In this document: piece after piece, positions 38,554-55,027 of the stretch
How the letters are laid out: every line of letters begins with the position of its first letter
How positions within the stretch are numbered: the first letter of the stretch is position 1
NCBI RefSeq assembly: GCF_009914755.1
Contig: NC_060934.1
DNA from: the human T2T-CHM13v2.0 reference genome, Homo sapiens
Strand: one strand, 5' to 3'
DNA: 64,000 nucleotides
The notes under the pieces: model-generated
What the model saw: only the letters and a program-made list of their open reading frames with translations
Told to the model about the DNA's origin: nothing
Database searches by the model: none
Translations under genes and position numbers: made by a program

Positions 38554-39126
38554 ACCAGAGCTGGTGATTTGTTTTAGAAGCTGACAGATCAATGTATTTT
38601 GAGGGTTCAGTGAACATGCCCTGTCAACCATGAATGCTGTGCAAATGTCAGGTCTGTGGGATAGCACAGGGGCAGGAGTGAAACAGGGCCATAAACAATA
38701 AGGAGATAAGGGAGGCAGGGAAGCAGGAGGGACTGAGCTGGGCCTTCAGGCTGGGTCTGGTTGGTCCCCGAGGGCAGGAAGGAGTAGGAGCATTTCAGGC
38801 GGGGGAGTAGCATGCGGCTGGTGGAAACCACAGGTATCTCTTGGGCAGGAAAGTTAAGTGGGCTGGGATGAAAGCCAGTCGGACAGAGGCCTGTGGATGG
38901 GAGCAACTGCAAAGACACGCTCAGGTTTCCCAGGCAAAGGACAGGAGCCCAAAACCACAGTTAGCCCGGTCTCGGGGTGAGATCCTCATGCAGGCCCTCT
39001 TCCTTCTCTTTGCTGTCTTTTGGTTACTTTCTTATTACCAGGATGGCCTCGAAAATGGAGTGGGAAGAGGGTGGGGTTCTACATGAGTCTATGTCAGGGC
39101 CTGGCTGCTTGTTTGGTTATCTAAAG

Positions 39127-39947
<821 letters not shown>

Positions 39948-40114
39948 ATCTAAAGGACAGGAGGCGCTGCTGTCAAAAGCACCTGCCTCAAGATACAGAG
40001 GGTGGCAGAGCCCCATACCCTCAGGGGCTGGGAGGTTCATGCACTTGCCCGAGGTCACTGGGTGGTTAATGGCAGGCTGGTTTCCTGCTGTCCCGTCAGG
40101 AGGTCCTTCTCCTA

Positions 40115-40523
<409 letters not shown>

Positions 40524-40639
40524 TTACGGAAGTCTTGAAACACCTCCTCCACAAAGGAATATCCCAAAAAAGTAGTTTAAAAACTATTTCAGTAGAATAC
40601 AGGCTTAAGAAGGAAAAATGACTTCTACCTAATTGTAAT

Positions 40640-40910
40640 AATAGTGAACACATACATAGCACTCAGGCACTGCTCTGAACGCTCACAAATTAACACGTTT
40701 ATTCCACAGAATAACCCTATGAGGCAGGCACCAGTATTATGATCTCCAGCTTACAGATGAGAAAATCAGCGGACAGAGGATTAAATGATTGGCACAAGGT
40801 CACACCACTAAACCAGGGCCATGGGAGGTTGAGGCTGCAGTGAGCCAAGACCGTGCCACTGCACTCCAGCCTGAGTGACACAGCCAGATCCCGTCTCAAA
40901 AATAAACAAA
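40640..40910. mobile_element. MIR (minus, to about 40810) followed by an Alu 3' fragment (plus, 40822-40910)
   Basis: MIR core and Alu right-arm end. Confidence 0.75.
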
Positions 40911-41178
40911 AAACCCAAACCTGAGACTAAAAGCCAAATTCTCAACTTCCAGGGCACTATCCATTTGACTATTCCAGAAAGCCCCTTACTAAGGGTGCCG
41001 TTGGCAGCTGAGGGGCTCACGTTGGTGGCTGGACATCCCCCGCGTGGCCCTTGCAGCTGGAGAGAATCCCTGCATTTCCCGGGCTCCAGCTTTTTCCATG
41101 TCATTTTATCCTTAGTCAGTGACTGAGACCGCTGTCTCAGCAGGGCTTCTCAAACTATCAGTGGTAAGGACCCAGGTT

Positions 41179-41471
41179 TGTTTTTTTTTTTGAGACGGAG
41201 ATCTCGCTCTGTCGCCCAGGCTGGAGTGCAGTGGCGTAATCTTGGCTCATTGCAACCTCCGCCTCCCGGGTTTAAGCAGTTCTCTGCCTCAGCCTCCTGA
41301 GTAGCTGAGATTACAGGCACATGCCACCAGGCCCAGCTAATTTTTGTATTTCTAGTAGAGATGGGGTTTCACCATCTTGGCCAGGCTGGTCTTGAATTCC
41401 TGACCCCGTGATCCACCCGGCTCGGCCTCCCAAAGTGCTGGGATTACAGGTGTGAGCCACCGCGCCCGGCC
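41179..41471 (-). mobile_element. AluS
   Basis: TSD aggacccaggt. Confidence 0.92.
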
Positions 41472-41706
41472 AGGACCCAGGTGTTTATTTGCAGTGGGCT
41501 CTAGTATGTGATGAGAAATTGAAATTTTTGTATTAAAAAACCATAGAAAATATAAGCTCGTTTCTTTTTTATGACTAGATTCTTGCAACATAGCATTGGT
41601 CTGTTAAATGTGTGTGGGTGCTCCTGAACGCTTACTCTCACTTTCTGTGTTTGCCTCATTGTGGAGCTGGAAGTAATCTTTTGGGTCTCTTTGAGTGGCA
41701 CAGTAC

Positions 41707-41837
41707 TTTTTTTTTTCTTTGTAGAGATGGGGTCTTGCTCTGTTGCCCAGGCTGGTCTCAAACTCCTGGCCTCTAGCTATCCTCCCACCTTGGCCTCCCA
41801 AAGCACTGGGATTACAGGCATGAGCCACTGTGGCCTG
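41707..41837 (-). mobile_element. FLAM / Alu left monomer
   Basis: Reverse monomer. Confidence 0.85.
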
Positions 41838-42704
41838 TGAAAAGCACATCCCTGCCAGCCTCTGCAGTGACAGATTCTGAAACTTCCAGAGACAAAATGT
41901 CACAAGCACTAACCCGGCCAGGTCCTGGCTGGACCTTTCCCTGTGGTTACCTTGGAGGGAGAGGAGTTCAAGGCCATTTGGTTACCTCTCTCGCATTGTG
42001 TACCAGCAAAGCACAGGCCTTAGAAACTCAAGAGCAAATGCATTCCCCTCACTCGTGAGCCGTGTGAGCTTGGGGCAGGTTCCTGACCTGTCTGTGCTTC
42101 AGTTTCGCCATCTGGCAGATTGAGAGAGGGTGATGCCTTCCGCTCAGGGAGGCAGTAAAGGTGAGATGCGATCGTGCCTGGAAAGTGCTCAGCACAGTGT
42201 CTCGTTACTCTCTGTTCCTCTTTGTCCACAAAAGGACTCGAGTTAGGGCTGCTGGGAACAGGTGGGACTTGGGGGAGAGGGCGGCGTGGCTATGAGCCTT
42301 ATAAGAACAATGTGGCCCTCTTGAACAAAATGTCAGAACAGAGGGTCTGGGTGGGCATAGCCTCCACAAATCCACATGTGAGTGAGGATTTCCCAGGAAA
42401 AACTTCCCCCAGCCAGAGATTGTTGAGAGAAAGGTAGGAGCTCAACTCAACCTCAGACCAGTTGGCCAAGAAGCCTCCAATTTCACACCCTCCACTGAGA
42501 TTTGCTGGGGAGGAAGCCTGATGCTGTGTCTCCAGGGTATCTAGGACAGACGTGGGGTGTGTAAGCACCAAATAACCGGTCAGTCTGTGGTTTCTGGATT
42601 TGGCACCATTAGCTTCAGAAGCACTGTCTTGGGGTGTAGAGCTCAGGATCAGGACACCTCAGGCCTCTGAATCATCATGCATAGGGCAGCTGCAATGGCC
42701 CAGG

Positions 42705-43110
42705 TGTTACTATGCTCAGGCTGCAGCCACTTAAAGCAACAAAAATGTATTTTCTCACCATTCTGGAGGCTGGAAGTGCAACTGAAGGTGTCTGTAGGGC
42801 TGGTCCTTCTGAGGGCTGTGGGGGAAGGGTCTGCTCTAGGCCTTTCTCCTGGGCTTGCAGATGGCTGTCTTTTCTCCATGGCTTCACAGTTCTCTTCCCT
42901 CTGTGTGTGTCTGTGTCAAAATCTTCTTATAATTGGAACACCAGGTTTTAGAATTAGCACTAGGGCCCACTCTAATGTCTTCATTTTTAACTTAATGATT
43001 TCTGCAAAGACCCTATCTCCAAACCCACTTGCATTCTGAGGCACTGGGGCTGAGGATTTCAACATATGGATTCTGGGAGATTGAGGGGGGCCCATAATTC
43101 AGTCTAACAG
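42705..43110 (-). mobile_element. MLT1B/C-type MaLR LTR
   Basis: ttctggaggctggaagt..aaggtgtc..tagggctgg..ccttctgagg. Confidence 0.75.
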
Positions 43111-43149
43111 CCCCTAACCCTCCTGGCTTCTGCAGAACCAAACAAACCA

Positions 43150-44007
43150 TCCAAAGGCTGATCAACAACAACAAAAAACAAGCTTTCAGACCAACAGGAG
43201 AAGACAAGATTGCAATGCCTTCATAACAATGTTGCTTTATTGATGCAATGCAAGGAAAACTATGTTAGAATCTAGTGATTCTCTCTCTCTTTTTTCTTTT
43301 TAGATGGAGTCTTGTTCTGTCACCCAGGCTGGAGTGCAGTGGTGTAATCTTGGCTCACTGCAACTTTCACCTCCTGGGTTCAAGTGATTCTTGTGCCTCA
43401 GCCTTCGGAGTAGCTGGAATTACAGGCACCTGCCACCACGCCCAGCTAATTTTTGTATTTTTAGTAGAGATGGGGTTTCACCATGTTGGCCAGGCTGGTC
43501 TTGGGCTCCTGGCCTCAACTGATCCCCCTGCCTCAGCCTCCCAAAGTGTTGGGATTACAGGTGTGAGCCACTGCACTGGGCCTCTATTGATTGTCTTTGA
43601 GATCGACAGTAAAGTAAGAGATGAGCCTGGGATCCCCCAGATTCTGTCTTCAGTATGTTAAGGCTCTGCGTATAACTGTGCTCAGCCTTCCCAGTGTGGC
43701 TGAATGTGGGACTTAGGGCATGTCACGTAATCTTTCCAAGTTGAAATTTATTGATAAAGCCCAGATAACAAAATTAACTTCTATTTATCTCCCTAGGTGT
43801 TCTGAGCCTTAAGGTATGGTTGCAGCGATGACGCATTGCAGAACCAAAGGAATTTGTCCTTAGGATAGACCTTCCAAAGGCCGATCAACAGCGACAAAAA
43901 ACAAGCTTTCAAACCAACAAGAGAAGACATGATTGCAGTGCCTTCATAACGACATTGCTTTATTGATGAAATGCAAGGAAAACTACGTTAGAATCTACTG
44001 ATTCTCT
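43150..44007. repeat. Local direct duplication of about 135 bp (43150-43284 and 43873-44007)
   Basis: Ungapped manual alignment, 13 mismatches in about 135 nt. Confidence 0.92.
43290..43582 (-). mobile_element. AluS
   Basis: Reverse Alu inserted at the end of duplication copy 1. Confidence 0.92.
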
Positions 44008-45162
44008 TTGAGATCTAATAATACGCTTTATTCAAATCTTATTCACAAACCACTTCCTCCACGGGTCTTTCACAGGAACTGAAATTGGCCAGTTACAAAC
44101 AGAATTGGTTCTACTGTCCTTTGAAATCACAGACGCAGACATGTTTTAGAATACAAAAGACACCAAGCTTTCTTTGGGAAACACGTCCTGTTTGGAAAAA
44201 AAAAAACTCACTTCCTAACGAAAATTGAAAGCACGCCTAACTTCAGATTTATTTGATTACAGAGTCTTTCTCAGGGCTAATCAGTTTTAGAACAGGTTCC
44301 TATTGGCACCAGAGAGCCAATAAAAAGTCCAGGAGAGAAGAGGTAACACAACAACTTAGGGAAACAAGGTTGTTTATTTTTTTAAACAGTATTCATATTT
44401 ATACCGCTGAGTGAAATTATTTATACACACTCTGTAGGTTTTGCATCTTCAGAATTTGTTAGCATTCAGAGGATGATAAACTGTACCTTGGACTTATTTG
44501 TGAAAAAATATGTAGATGACACCTGGTGGAGTTTATTGAAACTATTATTCAGGTGTAGAGCCAGAGAAACTCAGCAGAAAGGGAAGCCGGGTTTTTAGAT
44601 GTCACAATGGATGGTTAAAAATTTCAGCTTTGGGGCAACATTATAATACTCAAATTATTTGCCTCTGGTCCTCATTTTCTCCATCTCTAGCATCGGTTCT
44701 GAACTCAGGGTTTTCTGTAAATATTAAATGGCATAATGCATGCTGAGAGATCTGTGTGGACCCTCCCAGGGTTAAGAATCCAATAAATGTTAGCTCATGT
44801 ATCATCATTATTACAGAGAATCTTTGCATGTTTATATTTCATCTTTGGAAAGAATTAAATTCGTTGAAAAAAAAGGAGAGTAAGTCTCAGGCCTCCCTAG
44901 CATGTGCTCTTTCTCAGTTGTAAGAAGGGACATTGTCTCCCCACGCCCCCAGCATGGAACCGGCAGGATGGAGGGGCTGGTTAGCAGGCAGGGTAAGGAA
45001 ATGCACAGAGGTTTCACTTTTTCTGTCTTCCCTGCGCAGGTTCAGCATTTGGCTTGATAACTTGTGAATTCCAAGATCAGAAGACCCGCCGGAATTGAAT
45101 TACCAGTGCCCCAATCTTTCCAAATTCCATAATAATTTTTTAAAAAGTTAATTAATTAATTA

Positions 45163-45424
45163 CTTTTTTTGAGACAGGGTCTCGCTCTGTTGCTCAGGTC
45201 GGAGTACAGTGGCACGGTCTCAGCTCTGCCTCCTGGGTTCAAGGGATTCTCCTGCCTCAGCCTCCCGAGTAGTTGTGATTACAGGTGTGTGCCACCATGC
45301 CTTGCTAGTGGAAATGGGGTTTCACCGTGTTGGCCAGGCTGGTCTTGAACTCCTGACCTCAAGTCATTCGCCTGCATTGGCCTCCTGAAGTGCTGAGATT
45401 ACAGGTGTAAGCCACCGAGCCAGT
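45163..45424 (-). mobile_element. AluS with internal deletions
   Basis: Reverse Alu lacking the middle A-tract. Confidence 0.88.
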
Positions 45425-45555
45425 CTCATAGTAATAATTATAATAATATTATTATCCTCTTTTTCCACATCACTGTGTCATATTGTAGCACAGAAAACTA
45501 AAGTTGGACCAATGACCATTGGCTACAAGGAGCCCACTGGGATTCTGATGGTTAT

Positions 45556-46225
<670 letters not shown>

Positions 46226-46864
46226 CAAAGATCATCCCAAAAAATAAGAACTCTTTTTTTGTTTTCCTTCTGATTCCGGCACTCAGTACCACCACGGGAG
46301 CTTATTTGGGCTCTCTAAACAACTGATCTGGGATCAAGAGGGATACAGATTTCCCGTTTGTCTGTTTCCCTCCGTGAACTACAACTCTAGATTTGATCTA
46401 ATATCTGTGGGAAAAACATTCAGCAAAGGGAGAGGCCAGTCCACCACCATGCAGAGGCAAGAATGGTCAGGAGAATCTGCCTCACATCTTGCAGCCCTTA
46501 CCCTGCCTTGTCGGAAGATGATAATTGTGCTGCCATTTATACGGTGACTCTCTTAGGGGTCAGGTAGTGGTGTTAATTTGACATTTTATTTCTGAATCTC
46601 ACAACACATTTTTAGGCAGTTATGATTGCTCCCATTTCACAGATGAGGTAACTGAGGCCTGAGCATCACAGATAATAAGTAGAAAAGCCAGGATTTTGGC
46701 TCCAGAGCCTGCATTTAAACAATTATTCTATTTTTATTATATGGTTTTTGGGAAGGCACATAAACTTTTTGAGGATCAGTACCCTCTTAAGCAAGACAGA
46801 GATAAGAATTCTGTTTTGCAATAAGCACAGAGAAAGATGTTCAGGTCAGAGAAATGCAAATGAA

Positions 46865-48866
46865 GGAATCCTTGCCAGAGCAATCAGGCAAGAGAAAGAA
46901 AGGACATCCAAACTGGAAAAGAAGTCAAACTATCTCTGTGTGCTGATGATATGATTGTATACCTAGAAAACCCCAAAGACTTCTCCAAAATACTTCTAGA
47001 TTTGATAAATGAATTCAGTAAAGTCTTAGGTTACAAAATTAATGTATACAAATCAGTAGTACTGCTACTCATCAACGGCCAACCTGAGAATCAGATCAAG
47101 AACTCAGTCTTTTTCACAATAGCTGCAAAAAACAAAACAAAAACAACCCTAGGGATATACTTAACCAAGAAGATGAAAGTTCTCTACAAGGAGAGCTACA
47201 AAATACTGCTGAAGAAATCATAGATGACACAAACAAATGGAAACACATCCCATGCTCATGGATTGGAGAATCAATATCATGAAAATGAACATACTGCCCA
47301 GTGCAATCTACATATTCAATGCAATTCATATAAAAATACCAACTTTGTTTTTTCACAGAATTAGAAAAAACAATCCTAAAATTCATATGGCACCAAAAAA
47401 GAGCCCAAATAGTTCAAAGCAATCCTAAGCAAAAGAACAAATCTGGAAGCATCATATTACTTTATAAATTATACTACAAGTCTGTAGTTACCAAAACAGC
47501 ATAGTACAGGTATAAAAGTAGATACATAGACCAATGGAACAGAATGGAAAACCCATAAATAAAGTCAAATACTTACAACCAACTGATCTTCAACAAATCA
47601 TACAAAAACATAAATTGAAGAAAGGACACTCTATTCAATAAATGATGCTGGGAAAACTTGATAGCCACATGTAGAAGAATAAAGCAAGATCTCTATCTCT
47701 CACCATATAAAAAATCAACTCAAGATGGGTTAAAGACTTGAACCTAAGACCTGAAACTACAAAAATTCTAGGAAAAAACCTAGGAAAAACTATTCTGGAC
47801 ATTGGCCTAGGCAAAGAATTTGTGCCTAAGTTCCCAAAAGCAAATGCAATAAAAACAAAAATAAATACATGGGACCTAATTAAACTAAAAACCTTCAGCA
47901 CAGCAAAAGAAATAATCACCAGAGTAAACAGACAATTCACAGAATGGGAGAAAATATTTGCAAACTATATATCTGACAGAAAACTAGTATCCAGAATCTA
48001 CAAGGAGCTCAAACAAAGCAGCAAGAAAAAAACCAAATCATCCCATCAAAAAGTAGGTAAATGACATGAATAGACATTTCTCAAAAGAAGATATACAAAT
48101 GCCCAACAACGAAAAAATGCTCAACATCACTAATCATCAGGGAGATGCAAATTGAAACCACAGTGAGATACCTCCTTACCCAACCAGAATATCCATTATT
48201 AAAAAGTCAAAAAGCAATAGATGGTGTGGATGTAGTTAAAAGGGAATGGTTATATCCCGCTGGTGGGAATGTAAATTAGTACAACCTCTGTGGAAAACAG
48301 TATAGAGATTTCTGAAAGAACTACAAGCAGATGAACCATTTGATCCGGCAATCCCACTACTGGGTATCAACCTAAAGGAAAAGAAGTCATTATATCAGGA
48401 AGACAACCGTATGCATATGTTTATTGTAGTACAATTCACAATTGCAAAGATATGGAATCAACCTAAGTGCCCATCAAGAGATGAGTGGATAAAGAAAATG
48501 TAATATACATATACCATAGAATACTACTCAGCAATAAAAAAGAAAGAATGTCTTTTGCAGCAACTTGGATAGAGCTGAAGGTCATTATTCCAAGTGAAGG
48601 AACTTGGGAATGAAAAACCAAATACCACATGTTGTCACTCATAAGTGGAAGCTAAGCTATGGGTATGCAAAGGCATATGCAAAGATATAATGGACATCGA
48701 AGACTCAGAAAGAGGGGGTGGGAGGGGGTGAGGGATTGAAAAACTACGTATTGGGTACAGTGTACTCTACTTGGGTGATGGGTACTAAAATCTCAGACTT
48801 GACCACTGTACAATTCATCTATGTAACCAAAAACTACTTGTACCCCTAAAGCTACTGAAATAAAAA
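46865..48866 (+). mobile_element. 5'-truncated L1PB (RT C-terminal half of ORF2 and 3'UTR), decayed
   Basis: [14 protein letters not shown] motif, frameshifted ORF2 pieces, TSD agaaatgcaaat(g/t)aa at 46850-46864 and 48867-48881. Confidence 0.9.
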
Positions 48867-50548
48867 AGAAATGCAAATTAAAACCACAATGAGCTGTCAC
48901 CTCACACCTGTTAGGATGGCTATCATCAAAAAGATCAAAGATAACAAGTGTAGCCAAGGATGCGGAGAAAAGGCAACCCTTGTCCACTGTTGGTGGGAAT
49001 GTAAATTGGTACAGCCGCTATGGATAACAGTGAGAGGTGAAGCCAGCTGGACTTCCTGGGTGGAGTGGGGACTTGGGGAACTTTCTGTCTTACAAGAGGA
49101 CTGTAAAACGCACCAATCAGGAACTTTTCTGTCTTACAAGAGGATTGTAAAACGCACCAATCAGCACTCTGTAAAACGCACCAATCAGCACTCTGTAAAA
49201 TGCACCGATCAGCAGGATTCTAAAAGTAGCCAATTGCGGGGAGGATTGAACAAAGGGCACTCTGATAGGACAGAAAGGGAACATGGGTGGGGACAATAAG
49301 GGGAATAAACGCTGGCCACCCCAGCCAGCAGGCAACAACCTTCTGGGGTCCGCTTCCATGCTGTGGAAGCTTTGTCCTTTCACTCTTCACAATAAAACTT
49401 GCTACCATTCATTCTTTGGGTCTGTGCCATCTTTAAGAGCTGTAACACTCACCACGAAGGTCCACAGCTCAATTCTTGAAGTCAGCGAGACCACGAACCC
49501 ACCGACAGGAACCAACTCCAGACACCCCAGTATGGAAGATCCCCCAAAACCTAAAAATAGAACATGATCCAGCAATTCCACTACTGGGTACATATCCAAA
49601 GGAATTAAAATCAGTCTGTTGAAGAGATACCTGCACTCTCATATTCATGGCAGCACTATTCACAGCAGCCAAGATGGGAAATCAAGCTAAGTGTCCATCA
49701 ATGGATAAAGAAAATTTGGTCTATATACACAATGGGGGCATATTCAGCTATTAAAAAGGAAATCCTGTGATTTGTGACAACACAGATGAGTCTGGAGGAC
49801 ACTATGCCAAATAAAATAAACCAGGTACAGAAAGGCAAATACTCTGTGACCTCACTTTTTTTTTTTTTTTTTTTTTGAGATGGAGTTTCGCTCATCACCC
49901 AGGCTGGAGTGCAATGGCAAGACCTCAGCTCACTGCACCCTCCGCCTCCTGGGTTCAAGCGATTGTCCTGGGTCAGCCTCCTGAGTAGCTGGGATTATAG
50001 GCATGTGCCACCATGCCCGGCTAATTTTTGTATTTTTAGTAGAGACGGGGTTTCACCATGTTGGCCAGGCTAATCTCGAACTCCTGACCTCAGGTGATCC
50101 ACCCGCTTTGGCCTCCCAAAGTGCTGGGATTACAGGTGTGAGCCACCTTGCCCGGCCCTGTGTGACCTCACTTCTATGTGGAACCTAAAAATGTTGAATC
50201 CTTAGATGTGGAGTAAAATGGTGGTTACCAGGGGCTGGGAGTGGGGGATGGTGGAGTGGGGAGGGAATCAGGTGTTGGTCGAAAGATACGAAGTTGCAGT
50301 TACATAGAAAGAATAAGTTTTTGAGATCTATTGCACAGCATGGTGACTGTAGTTAAAGTATAGTATATTTCAAAATTGTTAAGAGAATGTATTTCAAATG
50401 TTCTCATCACAGAAAATGATGTGTGTGAGGTGATGAATAGGTAAATTAGCTAGATTTGATCATTCCGTAATGTACACATATATCAAAGTGTCGCATCATA
50501 CCCCATAGTTATATACAATTGTTATTTGTCAATTAAATATAAAAAATG
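48867..50548 (+). mobile_element. L1MA 3' region, split by LTR12 and an AluS (49856-50157, minus)
   Basis: [18 protein letters not shown]2 motif; L1MA 3'UTR; Alu TSD tgtgacctcactt. Confidence 0.85.
49031..49526 (+). mobile_element. ERV9 solo LTR (LTR12F-like)
   Basis: TGAGAGGTGAAGCCAGCTGGACTTCCTGGG start, tandem gcaccaatcag repeats, AATAAA, 4-bp TSD (a/c)cag. Confidence 0.9.
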
Positions 50549-50565
50549 TAAAAATATATATTTTA

Positions 50566-51630
<1,065 letters not shown>

Positions 51631-52629
51631 AAAGTCAATGAATGCTTAATGCAGAAAATAAGAAAAGAAGGAAACAGAAATTGCAGTTGCAGCATCTGGA
51701 GATAATCACTGCAAATGTTTTGATGTAGATTTCCAGACTCTTATGTAAATCTATACATCTTTGGAAAATAAAGTGGGATCATGTAGCCCATATACTTTAG
51801 CAAAAATTTTGTTTTTATATTACTAGTACTTTTCCTTTGCATTAAGAAATAGCCTCTGTAAGTATCAGTGGATTTCTCCTTTATGTCTTGCCTTTCCACA
51901 TATCTCTGCCAAGCCATGCTCCTCTTCCCTACTCTTTTCTTCAGGAGAACTTACCTAATTCATCTGCTCCACCTCCCCTTGGCACCTCTACCTCCCCTTG
52001 GCGCCTCTGTCTCCCCTGAGCACCTGCCAGAGCTGTTAGAGGAACCAAGGGGCACTGAGGCCTCCTGGAGCATCATGTTTGTGGGACTCAAGGTGGTTCT
52101 AGAGGGCAGAGTGAGGGTCAAGGCCAGCGGAGTTAGGTGGGCACGTACACTCCAGAGCATGCGTACAAGGGGAGGGGAGAGAACGAGGTCCAAGGAACAC
52201 ACAACTGGGCCCAAGAAGGAGCTGGGGAAGGGCGCTGACAGGCAGATTATGTGGCCTGAGGGAGCGAGAGGTTCCGGTGTCGGGTCCTGGCTCTGCCTCT
52301 TCCTTGCCCTTGCTGGGCCTCAATCCCAACAGCAAAGAGGGGACCGAGTGTTGAACTTTTCCCAACAGCAACACTAACTGTCTGCACTCCCAGGCTTGAC
52401 CCACCTCCAGAGGTTCACCCGGGGGATTGGCCCTTCCAGATGCTTCTGTCATGCCACCTAGATGTCTCCATCAGAAAGTAAGGGACAGTGATGCTATCAC
52501 AGGGAAAACGGAATTTGCTCTAATTCGCTGAGGGAGAGTTCCCACCTAATTATTACTACTTCCAAGTCACTCATATCCCACTCAGGGCTCTGAGGTTGGG
52601 GCCTTGCCCTATCTTCCACATCTCCTAGG

Positions 52630-52815
52630 GCTGTAGTTCCCAAACTTGAGTGTGCTCCAGGATCACCTGGAGGGCATCATGAAACACACCAGTCCCACTC
52701 CCAGAGCCTCTGAGCTGTTGGTCTGGGCTGGGGCTAGAGATATTGCATTTCTATTACATTTCCAGGTGATGCCGATGTTGTTGGTCTAGGGAATCCCCTT
52801 TCCAGGAGCACTGTT
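52630..52815. mobile_element. MER5A-like DNA transposon
   Basis: gttcccaaacttgagtgtg...atcacctggag...tgcatttcta...ccaggtgatgccgatg. Confidence 0.75.
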
Positions 52816-53035
52816 CAACAGCCTCACCTCTTTCCTGCTCCCCCAGCCACCTGCAGCAAATGTCTCCCCACTAAAGTGAGGGTTCCCAGTGATTTTGGTG
52901 GCTTTCACCATTCTGGGGATAGTTTGCCTGCCATCTCAGTCTCCCCTAATTCTTTTGGTGGATGGATGGATGATGGAGAGGGCAGGGGGTCAGGGGGTGG
53001 GGAATGAAGGAAAAAAAGGCACCAGAGCTTTATTA

Positions 53036-53377
<342 letters not shown>

Positions 53378-53389
53378 TCAGTCTGCTAG

Positions 53390-53699
<310 letters not shown>

Positions 53700-53894
53700 G
53701 GAAACATTTTAATAGAGAACCAGCTGTCAGGTTGAAGACACTACTTCCCAGCCTCTTTCTGGCAGTGTGTTAGTTAGGGACATTTCCAAAGAGATGATTC
53801 AAATAGCACACTTTAAACAAGGCCTGACACAGAACCAGTAGGCAACACATTTCTCTGGAAGTACATCCCACAGCATAGAGATCAGCTGTACAGG

Positions 53895-54115
53895 CTCTAG
53901 ATCAGAAGGTCTGGGGTTGGATCCTGGCTCTGCTACTTGTTAACTATGTGACTTTGGGCAAGTTACTTAAGCTCTGTGTAACTCAGTCTTCTCACCTGTG
54001 AAGTGGGGATGGGTATAATAGTACTTCCAGGCTTATAATGGATAACGGAATCGTTATCTGTAAAATACTTATGACAATGCCTAGCTCATAAGAAGCATTT
54101 AATCAACATGTGTTA
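53895..54115 (+). mobile_element. MIR
   Basis: MIR core. Confidence 0.8.
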
Positions 54116-54397
54116 TCATTCCTAGTGCAATGCTTTCATGCAAATAGAAGTATAAAGATCACTGTAAAGGCAAATCACATGGGCTGGGCCCCCACTGGGG
54201 TTATTCTGGATACTTCTCTCCACTAATAAGGCTACTTGACGGGCAAAACAGATGCTAAGAATGTGAGTTGGAGTCATATTCCCTAGGTTCAATCCTGGCT
54301 AAAAAAACTCCTTCTTAGTTATGTGAGCTAGAAGAAGGTGCCTAATTTCTTTCATCTGTTAAGTGGGGACAGGAGTGGTATCTACTTTACAGGATGG

Positions 54398-54790
54398 TGT
54401 GATGGTTAATACTGAATGTCAACTTGATTGGATTGAAGGATGCAAAGTATTGATCCTGAATGTGTCTGTGAGAGGGTTACCAAAGGAGATTAACATTTGA
54501 GTCCATGGGCTGGGAAAGGCAGACCCATCCTTAATCTGGGTGGGCACCATCTAATCAGCTGCCAGTGAGGCCAGGATATAAAGCAGGCAGAAAAATGTGA
54601 AAAGGCTAGACTGTCCTAGCCTCCCAGCCTACATCTTTCTCCCATGCTGGATGCTTCCTGCCCTTGAACATCAGACTCCAGGTTCTTCAGTTTTGGGACT
54701 CAAACGGGCTCTCCTTGCTCCTCAGCCTGCAGATGGCCTATTTTGGGACCTTGTGATCATGCAAATTTATACTTAATAAACTCCCCTTTT

Positions 54791-54854
<64 letters not shown>

Positions 54855-54966
54855 TATATATATACATATATATATACGCACACATATATATACGTTTATA
54901 TATATATATGTATAGTGTATATATATATATCCTATTAGTTCTGTCCCTCTAGAGAACCCTAATACA
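54398..54966 (+). mobile_element. MLT2A1 (HERV-L) solo LTR
   Basis: TGTGATGGTTAATACTG...CTAATACA, perfect 5-bp TSD gatgg at 54393-54397 and 54967-54971. Confidence 0.88.
54791..54930 (+). repeat. Compound (TA)n(CA)n microsatellite inside MLT2A1
   Basis: Directly visible. Confidence 0.95.
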
Positions 54967-55027
54967 GATGGTTTCAAGGATGACCTGAGTTAAACTGCAG
55001 GAATGAAGCTTAAGAACAGTGCCCAGT

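Noticed and set aside
46865-48866. Reverse-transcriptase-like ORFs as a novel RT system
   Set aside because: Frameshifted L1PB ORF2 remnants with L1 3'UTR and TSD.
49080-49215. Short tandem repeats resembling a CRISPR-like array
   Set aside because: Normal LTR12 U3 CCAAT repeats with no unique spacers, in eukaryotic DNA.
51868-52452. 169-aa and 117-aa ORFs
   Set aside because: GC-rich overlapping frames, no domain or convincing splice context.
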